Of a stretch of DNA of 62,513 nucleotides, positions 39,777 through 50,009 are shown in pieces. The notes beneath the pieces were generated by a model. That model ran no database searches. It was not told where the DNA came from and saw only the letters and a program-made list of their open reading frames with translations. The position numbers and the translations under genes were made by a program. Each line of letters opens with the position of its first letter. The stretch's first letter is position 1. The stretch spans positions 1 to 62,513 of the forward strand of contig JAWXCF010000089.1 in assembly GCA_034440515.1 (NCBI GenBank). The letters run 5' to 3'. The DNA comes from Bacteroidota bacterium. Its GTDB lineage: Bacteria > Bacteroidota > Bacteroidia > CAILMK01.

Positions 39777-40232
39777 CTATAACAATTTTTTATTCTTATT
39801 AGTCAATTTTTGTATTTGATAGTCTAAACTAAATTTCCCTGGGCCTATTAGTAAAAGTGACAAAAATAATATTCCTAACTCTATACTATGACTAGCATCC
39901 ATTAGATGACTTTCACTAGGTTCTAATTCATTATTAAAATGCATAACTGCGGCAAAAACCATAGTTAGTAGCAGTAATAAGTTTGCAGGTCTGTAAAGAA
40001 GGCCAAGCATCAACAATATACCTCCACCAAATTCAGCAAATGATGCCATAAAACCCCAAAAGGCGAAGCCAGCACTCATACCAATGTTCTCCATCACAGA
40101 CCCTAGTTTCACCCATTTCTCAGATCCACCACTTATTTTAGGCATACCGTGCATTAGCATCATAAAACCTATACCTAGGCGTAGTACCAACAAACCTGTG
40201 TTTCTATATTTATCCCAGTTGTTTAGTATCAT
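39777..40232 (-). CDS. DoxX family membrane protein
   Basis: LLVLRLGIG...HG..K, AEF.GG.L...GL..R and G.GKFSLD motifs. Confidence 0.92.
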   Translation of the reverse strand: MILNNWDKYRNTGLLVLRLGIGFMMLMHGMPKISGGSEKWVKLGSVMENIGMSAGFAFWGFMASFAEFGGGILLMLGLLYRPANLLLLLTMVFAAVMHFNNELEPSESHLMDASHSIELGILFLSLLLIGPGKFSLDYQIQKLTNKNKKLL

Positions 40233-40255
40233 CTTAAATGTAAAATTATTAAAAA

Positions 40256-40289
40256 TGCCGACAATCGTGTTGAGTCAAATTGCCGGCAT
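40256..40289. other. Intercistronic stem-loop between yceI and doxX
   Basis: ATGCCGACAAT-N13-ATTGCCGGCAT imperfect inverted repeat; may stabilise or partly terminate the yceI transcript. Confidence 0.5.
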
Positions 40290-40306
40290 TAACTATTTGA
40301 ACTTAA

Positions 40307-40858
40307 TTATTTGGCTAGTGGACGTACAAACTCAAGGTTTGCGTCTAGCTTAACTTCTTTACTTACTATTGCTCCACCGCTATCTAATAGTGAATTCCAA
40401 TTAAGACCATAGTCTAAGCGATTGAATTCTCCTTTTAACTCAAAGCCAGTACGTTCCATTCCAAAAGGATCGTTAGTTACGCCTATGTTTTCAACTTTAA
40501 ACTCTTGTGGTAGTGTTACACCTCTTACAGTCATATCACCTTTAAGAGTGTAATTTGTTTCATCAATTTTATGCAAGTGTGCATTGTTGATTGTAATATA
40601 TGGGTTGTTATCTGCGTCAAAGAAATCTGGACTTTTCAAATGCCCATCTCTATCTGCATTGCCAGTAGTGATGCTGCTCACTGGGATTTTGACATCAACT
40701 AAGGCGCCATCCCAATTTTCACCCGTTGTTGTTGTTATTGTAGATTCAACTTCAGAGAAGTGACCTCTCACTTTACTTACCATCATATGACGAACTGTAA
40801 AGTCTAAATTGCTGTGACTTGCGTCTAATGACCAAGTATTGTTGCTTTGATTTTCCAT
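40307..40858 (-). CDS. YceI family protein
   Basis: W.LD.SHS..F.VRH...KVRG.F, RDGHL.SPDFFD and R.DYGL.W motifs; no signal peptide. Confidence 0.95.
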   Translation of the reverse strand: MENQSNNTWSLDASHSNLDFTVRHMMVSKVRGHFSEVESTITTTTGENWDGALVDVKIPVSSITTGNADRDGHLKSPDFFDADNNPYITINNAHLHKIDETNYTLKGDMTVRGVTLPQEFKVENIGVTNDPFGMERTGFELKGEFNRLDYGLNWNSLLDSGGAIVSKEVKLDANLEFVRPLAK

Positions 40859-40900
40859 AGTAAATTGCCTAATGTTTTAAATGAGTAAAAGTAATTTAAT

Positions 40901-40934
40901 AACAATTAACGTTATAACATCAATTGTTTAAACA
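40901..40934. promoter_or_regulatory. Putative MarR operator(s)
   Basis: 28-bp imperfect palindrome AACAATTAACGTTATAACATCAATTGTT (40901-40928) overlapping a perfect TGTTTAAACA (40925-40934). Confidence 0.55.
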
Positions 40935-40949
40935 CAAATCAAGCCAAAA
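40931..40949 (-). promoter_or_regulatory. sigma54-like -24/-12 element
   Basis: Minus strand TTTTGGCTTGATTTGTGTT; same TTTTGGC-N6-TGTGTT layout as 7115-7133; about 73 nt upstream of the yceI ATG. Confidence 0.4.
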
Positions 40950-40980
40950 GGCTCATTTTAAAAATAAATGTTAAATATCT

Positions 40981-41895
40981 CTATTTGCCTTCGTTTAAGA
41001 TTAGGGGCGTTCTGCTGTTACCCATTATGATAACTTTACTATTGGGTGATGTTGCTATTTCTTTTTGAGCCTTAATCTGCTCATATTGCAATTGTTTGTC
41101 AGTAAGATTTAAACTTATTATTTTTTGATAATCGGCTATACCTTGTGCCTCTACACGTTTTCTGTCAGCTTCTTGTCGCTCTTTTTGTAATACGAATTGC
41201 ATTTTTTGCGATTCTTGCTCAGCATTTATTTTACCCTCAATGGTTTGGCGAACGCTAATAGGAAGCGTAATATTTCTAACCAGTAATTGCTGTAACATTA
41301 TCCCTCTTTTTTTAAAGTCAACCTCTATGTCTTTAAATATCCTGTTTTGAAATTCATCTCTTTTTCTGCTGTATAAACTTATAGCGTCGTAGTAGACAGC
41401 GTTGTCTCTTACTTTGGTACGGCTAACAGGTCTCACTATTTTATTATTATAGTCTGTCCCAAGTTCTTGCAAAATTCTAGGGGCAAAACTAGGAATGACT
41501 TGATAAATAATGGTTAAGTCTAACTCTACCTCAAGCCCATCAGCAGTTAAAACTCTAATGGCATCATCTCCTGTTTTTTCACCCTCGTCGTGCACACCAC
41601 TCATAGTATAGTTTTGCGCTTTTACATTGAAATGGACCACATCTGCTAGGGGATTTATTAGGTGCAAGCCATTGTCTATTTGATCACTACTTACGCTACC
41701 GAATAGTACGATAACACCCACCTCACCTGGTTCAATTTGAACTGTTGATTTGACTAGAACACCCAAGGTAAATAACACCAAACCCAATATAATAAAGCTG
41801 CGTTTGGCATTTGGGTTTTTATACAAAAACTCTTTTGTTAAAAAGAATCTGATAGCTAAAATTGCCATCCCTATAATGATTAATATTACACCCAT
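40981..41895 (-). CDS. SPFH/prohibitin family membrane protein
   Basis: Two N-terminal TMs; GEVGV..LFG.V, T.DGL, I..KI.AEQ and EA.RK..EA.G.A motifs. Confidence 0.92.
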   Translation of the reverse strand: MGVILIIIGMAILAIRFFLTKEFLYKNPNAKRSFIILGLVLFTLGVLVKSTVQIEPGEVGVIVLFGSVSSDQIDNGLHLINPLADVVHFNVKAQNYTMSGVHDEGEKTGDDAIRVLTADGLEVELDLTIIYQVIPSFAPRILQELGTDYNNKIVRPVSRTKVRDNAVYYDAISLYSRKRDEFQNRIFKDIEVDFKKRGIMLQQLLVRNITLPISVRQTIEGKINAEQESQKMQFVLQKERQEADRKRVEAQGIADYQKIISLNLTDKQLQYEQIKAQKEIATSPNSKVIIMGNSRTPLILNEGK

Positions 41896-41948
41896 AAAAA
41901 ATTAAAATTACTGTAATCAAAGATAACTCAGTTGCGATAGAAACGTTA

Positions 41949-42326
41949 TTAATAATATCTATTGTACACTGCAATAGCAGATGCTGATGCCAAAAGTCCA
42001 AGGCTAATAGATAAGAATAAATAGAAAATGGCTAACATCATTGCCTTTACTTGTAATAGATTGACTAGTTCCAAAGACAAGGTGCTGAAAGTAGTGAAAC
42101 TACCACAAAAGCCAATGAGAGCAATTAGGCGAATCTTTTCTGAAAGCTGCCCTTGATTAAAAGCCGCAAACAATAATCCTGCTAAAAAGCAACCAATTAT
42201 ATTGATAATCAAAGTATTGATTTGGTTGTAATTTGGTACTAAGACAATAGTGCTAAGTAAATATCTAAATACACCCCCAACTGCACTGCCTAAGAACACC
42301 CAAAATATGTTTAGTAGCATTGTCAT
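41949..42326 (-). CDS. crcB: Fluoride channel Fluc/CrcB
   Basis: G..GG..RY, T..INIIGCF and GFCGSFTTFST motifs. Confidence 0.95.
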   Translation of the reverse strand: MTMLLNIFWVFLGSAVGGVFRYLLSTIVLVPNYNQINTLIINIIGCFLAGLLFAAFNQGQLSEKIRLIALIGFCGSFTTFSTLSLELVNLLQVKAMMLAIFYLFLSISLGLLASASAIAVYNRYY

Positions 42327-42443
42327 ATTTTATTCAAATGTATAATTATTGGATAGATGTTATGGCACAAGGGTAAAATCTATCTTTGTTATAGAATATA
42401 TTAGGTCTTTGTGAGACCTATGTCTGCATTGGAATTATATTAA

Positions 42444-44267
42444 ATGAAAACATATTGGCGTATTTTACGCTACGCTATACCTTATAAACGTCAAATAATA
42501 GCCTACCTACTGGCAACAATATTTAGTGTGGTATTCACTACTTTGACCTTTGTATTGATTCAGCCGCTGTTAGAGGTTTTGTTTGAGGAGAAGGGTAATT
42601 ACAATCAATCTGCATCTGGGTTGTTAGGTAGTTTAGACAACCTGATGGCATTTATTCAAAATACTGCAATGTCCATTAAGGCTGAGCATTCGCCTACCCA
42701 AGCACTATTGTTTGTAACTATTATCGTGGTGGTATGCAATCTACTTGGTAATGTATTTAAGTTTTTTAGTTCGTATTTTTTGGGAACATTACGTACAAAA
42801 ATTATTCAAGACATAAGGTCAGATTCGTATAATACTATGATTGGTAAAGATGTCGCATTTTTAGAAAACTCTAGAAAAGGAGATTTACTTACCAGATTAA
42901 CATCAGACATTACAGAGATTGAGTATGGTATCGTCGTTAGCCTTGAGGGTTTAATTCGAGACCCAATTACTATAATATACGTATTAGCCATAATGCTGTA
43001 TAAATCTTGGGAATTAACCTTATTCATATTTGCAATTTTGCCCGTATCAGCTTACTTTACAGGCAGAATTACAAAAAAATTAAAGAAGGAAGCCCAAGAA
43101 ACTCAGTCTATGTTGGGGCAATTGATGACTGTAGCAGAAGAAACAATAAGTGGCATTCGTGTCATTTTGGCATTTAATGCTATTAATTATCTTAAAAATA
43201 TATTCTATACCATAAATGCTAAACACAGCCATATAACTAGACGGCAGTGGCATAGACGAGCATTGGTTCCAATATTTAGCGAGAGTGCAATGGTACTGGT
43301 AGTTGGTTTGGTATTGTGGTTTGGTGGCAGACAGGTATTTAGCGGGCAATTGGGTAAAGGTGAATTTATAGCCTATTTGGGTTTGTTTTTTGTATTGAGC
43401 CGACCAGCAAAAAGTTTGGGGCAAGCTTTTTCTAATATATTTAAAGGGGTTGCTAGTGCAGATCGAGTATTTGCATTGATTGATAAGGCTAATCAAGTGG
43501 TAGATGAACCTGATGCTAAATCAATATCAACTTTTAATAAATCTATTCAAATACTAAATGTTGACTTTACCTACAGTACGGGTGAACAGGTAATAACTAA
43601 CCTAAGCGTAAACATACAAAAGGGGAAAACCTACGGTATAGTAGGAACCAGTGGCAGCGGAAAAAGTACCCTAGTCGAACTCATTATGCGTTTTTATGAC
43701 GTAGATAGCGGCAGTATCAAGATAGATAACCTAAATATAAAAGAGGTAAAACAAAGTGAATTGAGGCAACTAATGGGCGTAGTAACCCAAGACCCAGTTT
43801 TGGTAAATGATAGTTTTTACAACAACATTGTATTTGGTTTGCAAGGGGTAACTCCAGAACAAGTAACCGTTGCTGCAAAACTAGCCTATGCCCACGATTT
43901 CATTATGGAAAATGAAGCCGGATATAACACATTTGTAGGTGATAGAGGAGGACTACTAAGTGGAGGGCAGAGGCAAAGAATAAGCATAGCTAGGGCATTC
44001 CTACGTAAACCAGAAATATTGATATTGGACGAGGCGACAAGTGCCTTAGACAATGTAAGTGAAGCATTGGTACAGAAGTCTATTAAAGAAGTAATGCAGG
44101 GTAAGACGATAATCATTATTGCACACAGACTCAGCACCATTCACCACGCAGATGAAATATGGGTAATGCGAAAAGGTGAATTGGTAGAGAAGGGTACCCA
44201 CATTGAACTATTAGCATCGAACGGCATTTACCAAAATCTGCATCAAATGCAGGAGCACAGCAGATAG
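42444..44267 (+). CDS. ABC transporter, fused permease/ATPase (MsbA-like)
   Basis: 6 TM plus GTSGSGKST, LSGGQRQR, LDEATSALD and IAHRLST; TATCTTTG at 42381-42388. Confidence 0.93.
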   Translation: MKTYWRILRYAIPYKRQIIAYLLATIFSVVFTTLTFVLIQPLLEVLFEEKGNYNQSASGLLGSLDNLMAFIQNTAMSIKAEHSPTQALLFVTIIVVVCNLLGNVFKFFSSYFLGTLRTKIIQDIRSDSYNTMIGKDVAFLENSRKGDLLTRLTSDITEIEYGIVVSLEGLIRDPITIIYVLAIMLYKSWELTLFIFAILPVSAYFTGRITKKLKKEAQETQSMLGQLMTVAEETISGIRVILAFNAINYLKNIFYTINAKHSHITRRQWHRRALVPIFSESAMVLVVGLVLWFGGRQVFSGQLGKGEFIAYLGLFFVLSRPAKSLGQAFSNIFKGVASADRVFALIDKANQVVDEPDAKSISTFNKSIQILNVDFTYSTGEQVITNLSVNIQKGKTYGIVGTSGSGKSTLVELIMRFYDVDSGSIKIDNLNIKEVKQSELRQLMGVVTQDPVLVNDSFYNNIVFGLQGVTPEQVTVAAKLAYAHDFIMENEAGYNTFVGDRGGLLSGGQRQRISIARAFLRKPEILILDEATSALDNVSEALVQKSIKEVMQGKTIIIIAHRLSTIHHADEIWVMRKGELVEKGTHIELLASNGIYQNLHQMQEHSR

Positions 44268-44378
44268 TTATTTTGGAACAGCTAAATATCATTTAATCGA
44301 TACTTTGTGTTGACTTTGTCTTTATATTTGATAGTGAGGTATCTATTATTGATATAAGTAATTGAAAGCTACTGCACA

Positions 44379-47294
44379 ATGCGTTTTATTTTACTATTTA
44401 TATTTTTTTCTTTATCGCACTATGTTGCTGGGCAGAGCATTACTGTTTATACTGATTCCGTAATTAGTAGGCTAAATTCTCATCCAATTGGTATGAATCT
44501 TAACTACCTAATGGATGATGATACCTATCTCAATCCAAATATTGGTCTAGAGTATTCGCTAGACTCTATGAAGGTACATTTGTTACGATACCCAGGGGGA
44601 GAAAAATCTGACTCTTATATGTTTACAGATTCTCCTTGGTCAAGTATCAGACCCAGACTAAACAGAACTGGACCACAAGAATGGCCTGCAGGTGATTCAA
44701 GGTTTATTATGAATGATTATGCAACACCTAAGGCTAGTACATTAGATTTTGATGAGTTTATGAAGATGGCTATTAGCCTGAGGGCAGAACCGCTAATAGT
44801 GGTACCTTATGATGCAATGTATAAAGCTGCTACAACTGGGGGTACCATACCCAATAAGAGGCAATTGATAAAAAATGCTGAAGAATGGGTACGATATGCC
44901 AACATTACCAAAAAATATGGCATAAAATACTGGACCATAGGCAATGAAAGCTATAACAATGGATCCTACAATGGTTATGTAACCGGTACACAGTATAGAG
45001 ATGATGTTTTTGAGTTTGCCAACAAAATGAAAGCTGTTGATCCAAATATTAAGATTGTAATAAATGGAGATAATTACAATTGGTGGAATACAGTATTGGC
45101 TAAAAATGCAAGTTTAGTTGATTATTTAGCCATTAGCAATTACCCAGTATGGCAATATAAAAATGGGTACAGCACTTATTTAACCACCACGCCAGATTTA
45201 ACTGATGTCATTAAGCAAGCTGTAAATAATATTGCATTGTTGCCAAACGCTGCAGATAGAAATAGAATTAGGATAATAGTATCAGAATACAATGCAATAG
45301 ATTGGTCAACCCAATGGAAAGATGCAAACGATGTCGGCCACGCACTGGTAAATTTTCAAATGATGGGCGACCAATTGAATAATCCTAAAGTGGCAAGCTC
45401 TTGCTTTTGGAATACCAGATGGGTGAATAATGCAAGCTCAACCCAACTGTATGATGCTGTAAACAAAAACGGTAATCTAAGTGCATCTGGTAAATCACTC
45501 GCTATTTGGGGTAGGTATATTGGCGATAGAATGCAAGCCAGTACAAGTACCACCAAGATTAGGAGTTTTGCAAGTTATGATTCTGTAAAAAATGTACAAT
45601 ATGTCTATATACTTAATAAAGACACTGTTAGCACTTATTTAACTGTCCAGATAAAAAACTATCCTGTAAACAAAGTAGTTACAGTTTATGAATATAGGGG
45701 GACTGGTATAAAAGACGAAAACCCTAGTTTCAAAAAGAAAACTTTCTTTAACATATCCAGAGAATCTGCCTACCTGTTGTTACCAGCAGCCTCTGTTACT
45801 GTTTTAGAGATTATACCTAGCTCAGTAAAGGCCAATATATCTGGACCAGTTACTTTTTGTAAAACTGATACTGGCAATTATGTTGCAAAGTCTATAAATA
45901 ATACCTATAAATGGCGTGTGGTAGGTGGTAAAATTATTTCAAAGATTGATTCAATTAGTGTAAAAGTAGTATGGGATAATACTCCAAAACATAGCATTAC
46001 CCTAGTTGAGTCTAATGGATATGGACTAATTGACTCTAGCACAGTAAATATCTATGTAAAAGCACCAAATACTGTAGTTATAAATGGAGCAAGTAAAGCC
46101 TGCACACTTACTGCAAATACCTATATTAGAACGTTAATGCCAACTACCGGTCAGTTAGAATGGCACATAGTTGGTGGGCAGATTACATCACCTATTAGTA
46201 GAGACACCATACAAGTAGTTTGGCAAAAATCTGGTGGTCTAACTAGTGTATCAATTGATAGTTTTAATTGTATTGATTCTACAACTATTAGTGTTGCACT
46301 AGTACAAATAGCACAAGCTAAGATAGTTGGCCCACAGAGAATTACAATAGGACAAACAGCTTGGTTTAAGACGACAGCTAAATCAGTATTTCAAGTAGAG
46401 TGGTTTGGCAAAGACATAGAATTGCTAAAACAAACGCCTGATTCTGTATTAATTAGGTTTAGCAAACAGGGAATATCAATACTATATATTAGGCAATTAG
46501 ACGCTTCAATTTCTTGTCAAAAAGTTGATAGCTTGTTAATTGACGTTATCCCAACTTCAGTGTCAGCATTTGTTATTAACGATGTCTGTGTAGGTGGGGA
46601 GGTAATAATTCTAAATGCAACTACCAACGCAAGTAGCTATATATGGACTTTTGGTAATGGGCTTCAATCAATAGACAAAACTCCAAAAGGGCTAACCTAT
46701 GCCAAGGCAGGCAATTATATGGTTAGGCTAATAGTGCGAAATGAATTGGGAGTCGGTGATACAACAGAGAAAGTAATAACGGTTTACAGTCAACCGACTG
46801 CAAAATGGCGCGCAAATGCAGTGAATGGAAGAAATTTTAGATTCATTGCTTTAGATTCTAATATCACATCTGCTGGTTGGTTTATAAATAATACGAGCAA
46901 GTTGGGCGATACCGTAAATCATTTATTTTTAGTTGACGGACTTTACCTAGTTCAATTGGTTGTAACAAGTAAGGGTGGTTGCAAAATAACTTTTGATTCA
47001 AGCATCACGGTTATGGGAACTAGAATATTAGTAACACCGCAAGCAAGTAACGAATTTCAAGTTTTTCCCAACCCAAGCTTTGGGTTAATTAATATAAAGG
47101 CTATACAGTCAAATAAAGAGCCCTACCAAGTATATATTATTTCCTCAATTGGTGCACGTACTAGGCTGGGAAGTTTTAATACACAGACAACCAATTCACA
47201 AAGCTTTGATATACAAGCACTGCCTGCAGGTATGTATGTTGTGGAAATAATCGGACAACATTTAAATTATCACATCAAGTTGCAAAAGATGTAA
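44379..47294 (+). CDS. T9SS-secreted clan GH-A glycoside hydrolase with Ig/PKD domains
   Basis: Signal peptide; LRYPGG..SD, W.IGNE and IIVSEYN catalytic pattern; PKD (WTFGNG..Y.KAG.Y.V.L); FPNP CTD. Confidence 0.85.
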   Translation: MRFILLFIFFSLSHYVAGQSITVYTDSVISRLNSHPIGMNLNYLMDDDTYLNPNIGLEYSLDSMKVHLLRYPGGEKSDSYMFTDSPWSSIRPRLNRTGPQEWPAGDSRFIMNDYATPKASTLDFDEFMKMAISLRAEPLIVVPYDAMYKAATTGGTIPNKRQLIKNAEEWVRYANITKKYGIKYWTIGNESYNNGSYNGYVTGTQYRDDVFEFANKMKAVDPNIKIVINGDNYNWWNTVLAKNASLVDYLAISNYPVWQYKNGYSTYLTTTPDLTDVIKQAVNNIALLPNAADRNRIRIIVSEYNAIDWSTQWKDANDVGHALVNFQMMGDQLNNPKVASSCFWNTRWVNNASSTQLYDAVNKNGNLSASGKSLAIWGRYIGDRMQASTSTTKIRSFASYDSVKNVQYVYILNKDTVSTYLTVQIKNYPVNKVVTVYEYRGTGIKDENPSFKKKTFFNISRESAYLLLPAASVTVLEIIPSSVKANISGPVTFCKTDTGNYVAKSINNTYKWRVVGGKIISKIDSISVKVVWDNTPKHSITLVESNGYGLIDSSTVNIYVKAPNTVVINGASKACTLTANTYIRTLMPTTGQLEWHIVGGQITSPISRDTIQVVWQKSGGLTSVSIDSFNCIDSTTISVALVQIAQAKIVGPQRITIGQTAWFKTTAKSVFQVEWFGKDIELLKQTPDSVLIRFSKQGISILYIRQLDASISCQKVDSLLIDVIPTSVSAFVINDVCVGGEVIILNATTNASSYIWTFGNGLQSIDKTPKGLTYAKAGNYMVRLIVRNELGVGDTTEKVITVYSQPTAKWRANAVNGRNFRFIALDSNITSAGWFINNTSKLGDTVNHLFLVDGLYLVQLVVTSKGGCKITFDSSITVMGTRILVTPQASNEFQVFPNPSFGLINIKAIQSNKEPYQVYIISSIGARTRLGSFNTQTTNSQSFDIQALPAGMYVVEIIGQHLNYHIKLQKM

Positions 47295-47343
47295 GATAGA
47301 ATAGATTTAAAAAGTATTTAAATGCCAATTATCTTGAATTTTT

Positions 47344-48063
47344 TTAAAGTCTAATCCCAAAATTAAGATTTAATGTTAAATTAGAATTTATTGGTCGATG
47401 TTCAAAAAAATCTTGACCTCTAAAATCAGTAGCAGTTTTTGTCTTGTTAAAATATCTGCTATAGTCAACCAAAACTTTAAAGTAAAAAGGTCCAGTAACG
47501 TCAATCTGGTATGATGGTCTGATGCTCAATCCAAAATCATTATTTAGCAAAACAAATGTGTGTTCACTTCTCAAACAAACATTTTTCTCAGGTTCTGAGG
47601 AACTGACGGTATTCATATCAACACCATTTCTTATTTTGGCACCAAAACCGATGCTGACACTCTGCCCAGCTTTTTTCCAAATAGAACTATTTAGGACAAT
47701 TCCTTTTTCTTTATAATATATATAAGTCTTAGGTTGAGAGAATGCACCGTTTTCTTCCCTCACTGTTGCAAATGCATTATTTACAGTACCATACAGTGCC
47801 TCTATGCTATATTCATCATTTATTCTAAAGTTTGCTTGCAGCTTATTCACTAGCCACGCATTCCAAGAATTGATTTGAGAGTTTGGTCGCATATAGTCAA
47901 ATGAAAATCCAGACTCTAAACTAAATTTATTTATCAACTTAACAACATTTCTAGGTTTGTCCCCTTCCTTCATAAAAAAAGTAGTTAAATTCTTGTCAAA
48001 GCCAGACTGTGCAGAAGCAAGAACACTAAAACAAAGTAACAAGAGTGTCAGATATTTTTTCAT
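47344..48063 (-). CDS. Outer-membrane beta-barrel-like hypothetical protein
   Basis: Signal peptide ending ASAQ; alternating-strand pattern; terminal LNLNFGIRL. Confidence 0.65.
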   Translation of the reverse strand: MKKYLTLLLLCFSVLASAQSGFDKNLTTFFMKEGDKPRNVVKLINKFSLESGFSFDYMRPNSQINSWNAWLVNKLQANFRINDEYSIEALYGTVNNAFATVREENGAFSQPKTYIYYKEKGIVLNSSIWKKAGQSVSIGFGAKIRNGVDMNTVSSSEPEKNVCLRSEHTFVLLNNDFGLSIRPSYQIDVTGPFYFKVLVDYSRYFNKTKTATDFRGQDFFEHRPINSNLTLNLNFGIRL

Positions 48064-48275
48064 AGATTTTGAATTCTATATATCAAATATATAGATAATT
48101 AGTAAAACGAAGTATAGGTGATTGGATTAATTTTATTTGCCTTATTACTTAAAAGTTAGTTAACTTTTTTTAACATAAAAATTACTTTCAGGCTATATAA
48201 GTAGTTCTGCAAAATAACTGAAAAGAAAGAGTTAGATAATTTAACTATGAAGGTAATATTCTAAATATTACTACA

Positions 48276-48855
48276 TCAAAATAGGATAAACGGCAATGCA
48301 ACTAATTGCCTGTATCTATTTACAAACCAAGTATATTCTTTATGAAAATAAATGTATGTTTTTTGAATTTCGGGGTAAAGCCCAAGATTTACGTATTTTA
48401 TTCTGTTTGACCTAGTAATTGCACAGTTTTTAATTTTATATGCATCTGAAATGCTATAAACATTTTCAGAGCCAAGTTTTCCACCAGTAATAGAGTAAGC
48501 CTTGAAAGTATCTAATTTGGAAAATTTACCTGTGTTTAGATTTATGATTCCGAAAGGATAATAAGAGGAAAGACACCCATTAGTAAAGTTGCAGCCTCTC
48601 ATTGTTAGTGTAAATTTAGCCTTTTGCCAGTCAGGCTTAAATACTTGTGTTCTAATATCTTAGAATTAATAGCTACAGCATAGCAAAAGTCTTTGCTATG
48701 AGGTGTGGGCATTATAGATGTAGGTATTATGATGTCACTATCCTCATTTATATATGATTTTAAAAAGTTTAAATCAAAATTTTCACGCTTTATAATTTTG
48801 ATTGCGGTGTCTTTGTTATTAAAACTAAAAACAGGGTTAGAAATACTTTTTTCAT
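48276..48855 (-). pseudogene. Probable fragmented exported-protein gene
   Basis: MKKVFLTLFLVL signal-like start at 48855 stops early; coding-like stretches continue in other frames into the 48276..48602 ORF. Confidence 0.35.
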
Positions 48856-48992
48856 TAAACTAATTATGTTCATTAGTTATTGAAAAGTTGATATTTACCC
48901 CCACCTATGTTAACATATCGTTAATTAATTAAAATTTTGATTAACTTTTAACTTATACAAACTTGAAACAAGTTAATATTAAAGTTAACCTC

Positions 48993-49949
48993 TTATTCTA
49001 CTTTCTGAAATTTCTCATAGGCATTCACTATGTCGCGTACCAATCGGTGACGAATTACATCTTGTACGCTTAATTCTACGATGCTGATGCCGTTAATGTT
49101 TTTAAGCAGGTGAATGGCATTAAGCAAGCCGCTGGCTCCTTGTTTGGGTAAATCTATTTGAGTTAAGTCACCTGTTATTATAAATTTAGCTGTTGGACCC
49201 ATACGGGTTAGAAACATTTTTAATTGGCTATGGGTGGCGTTTTGTGCCTCGTCCAGTATTACTACAGCATTGTTTAAGGTACGCCCACGCATAAATGCCA
49301 AAGGTGCTACTTCTATTGTTCTGCTCTCAAAGCATTGTTTCAACTTGTCTGCACTTATCATATCGTCAAGTGCATCATATACGGGCCTTAGGTATGGGTC
49401 TATTTTTTCCTTAAGGTCTCCTGGCAAAAAGCCTAAGTTTTCACCTGCCTCTACTGCAGGTCTGGCTATAATGATTCTTTTGCATTCCTTACGTTTTAAT
49501 GCCCGAACGGCAAGTGCCACACTGGTGTATGTCTTACCAGTACCGGCTGGTCCTATGGCAAATGTTAAATCGTTAGTTAATACAGATTGCACCAATACTT
49601 TTTGGTTGGCAGTCTTAGCACGTATCGGTTGTCCATCGTTGCCTATCAGCAATACATCACTGTCTTTGGTTAGGTCATCTACAGTCTCTACATAGCCTAG
49701 CGCAGTTCCCAACAAGTCCACCAACTTATCGTCGCTAATGCCGTGCTTCCGCGTCATATGCATTATTTTGTCTAAGATGGTTCTGAATCTGGCTATTTCA
49801 TCATCATCGCCGATGGCAGTAATGTCTGAACCACGTGAATGTATTTTTAACTTAGGAAAAGCAGTCTGTATCAGTCTTAAATTCTGATTGTTAACACCAA
49901 GTATAGCAGCTGGATGTATTTCCTCAAATGATAATTTTAATTCGCTCAA
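48993..49949 (-). CDS. phoH: PhoH family ATPase
   Basis: GPAGTGKT, RPAVEAGE.LGFLPG, LAFMRGRT, DEAQN and GD..QIDL motifs. Confidence 0.96.
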   Translation of the reverse strand: MSELKLSFEEIHPAAILGVNNQNLRLIQTAFPKLKIHSRGSDITAIGDDDEIARFRTILDKIMHMTRKHGISDDKLVDLLGTALGYVETVDDLTKDSDVLLIGNDGQPIRAKTANQKVLVQSVLTNDLTFAIGPAGTGKTYTSVALAVRALKRKECKRIIIARPAVEAGENLGFLPGDLKEKIDPYLRPVYDALDDMISADKLKQCFESRTIEVAPLAFMRGRTLNNAVVILDEAQNATHSQLKMFLTRMGPTAKFIITGDLTQIDLPKQGASGLLNAIHLLKNINGISIVELSVQDVIRHRLVRDIVNAYEKFQKVE

Positions 49950-50009
49950 TATAGTATCTTTTAATAGGAACAGAAATTAAGTATATTTTTGTTCGCTGTC
50001 CTGCAATTT

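Noticed and set aside
42327-42443. Fluoride riboswitch upstream of crcB
   Set aside because: No GGNGATGG...TGATG-type consensus on the minus strand; only a short hairpin TAGGTCT-ttgtg-AGACCTA near the ABC gene start.
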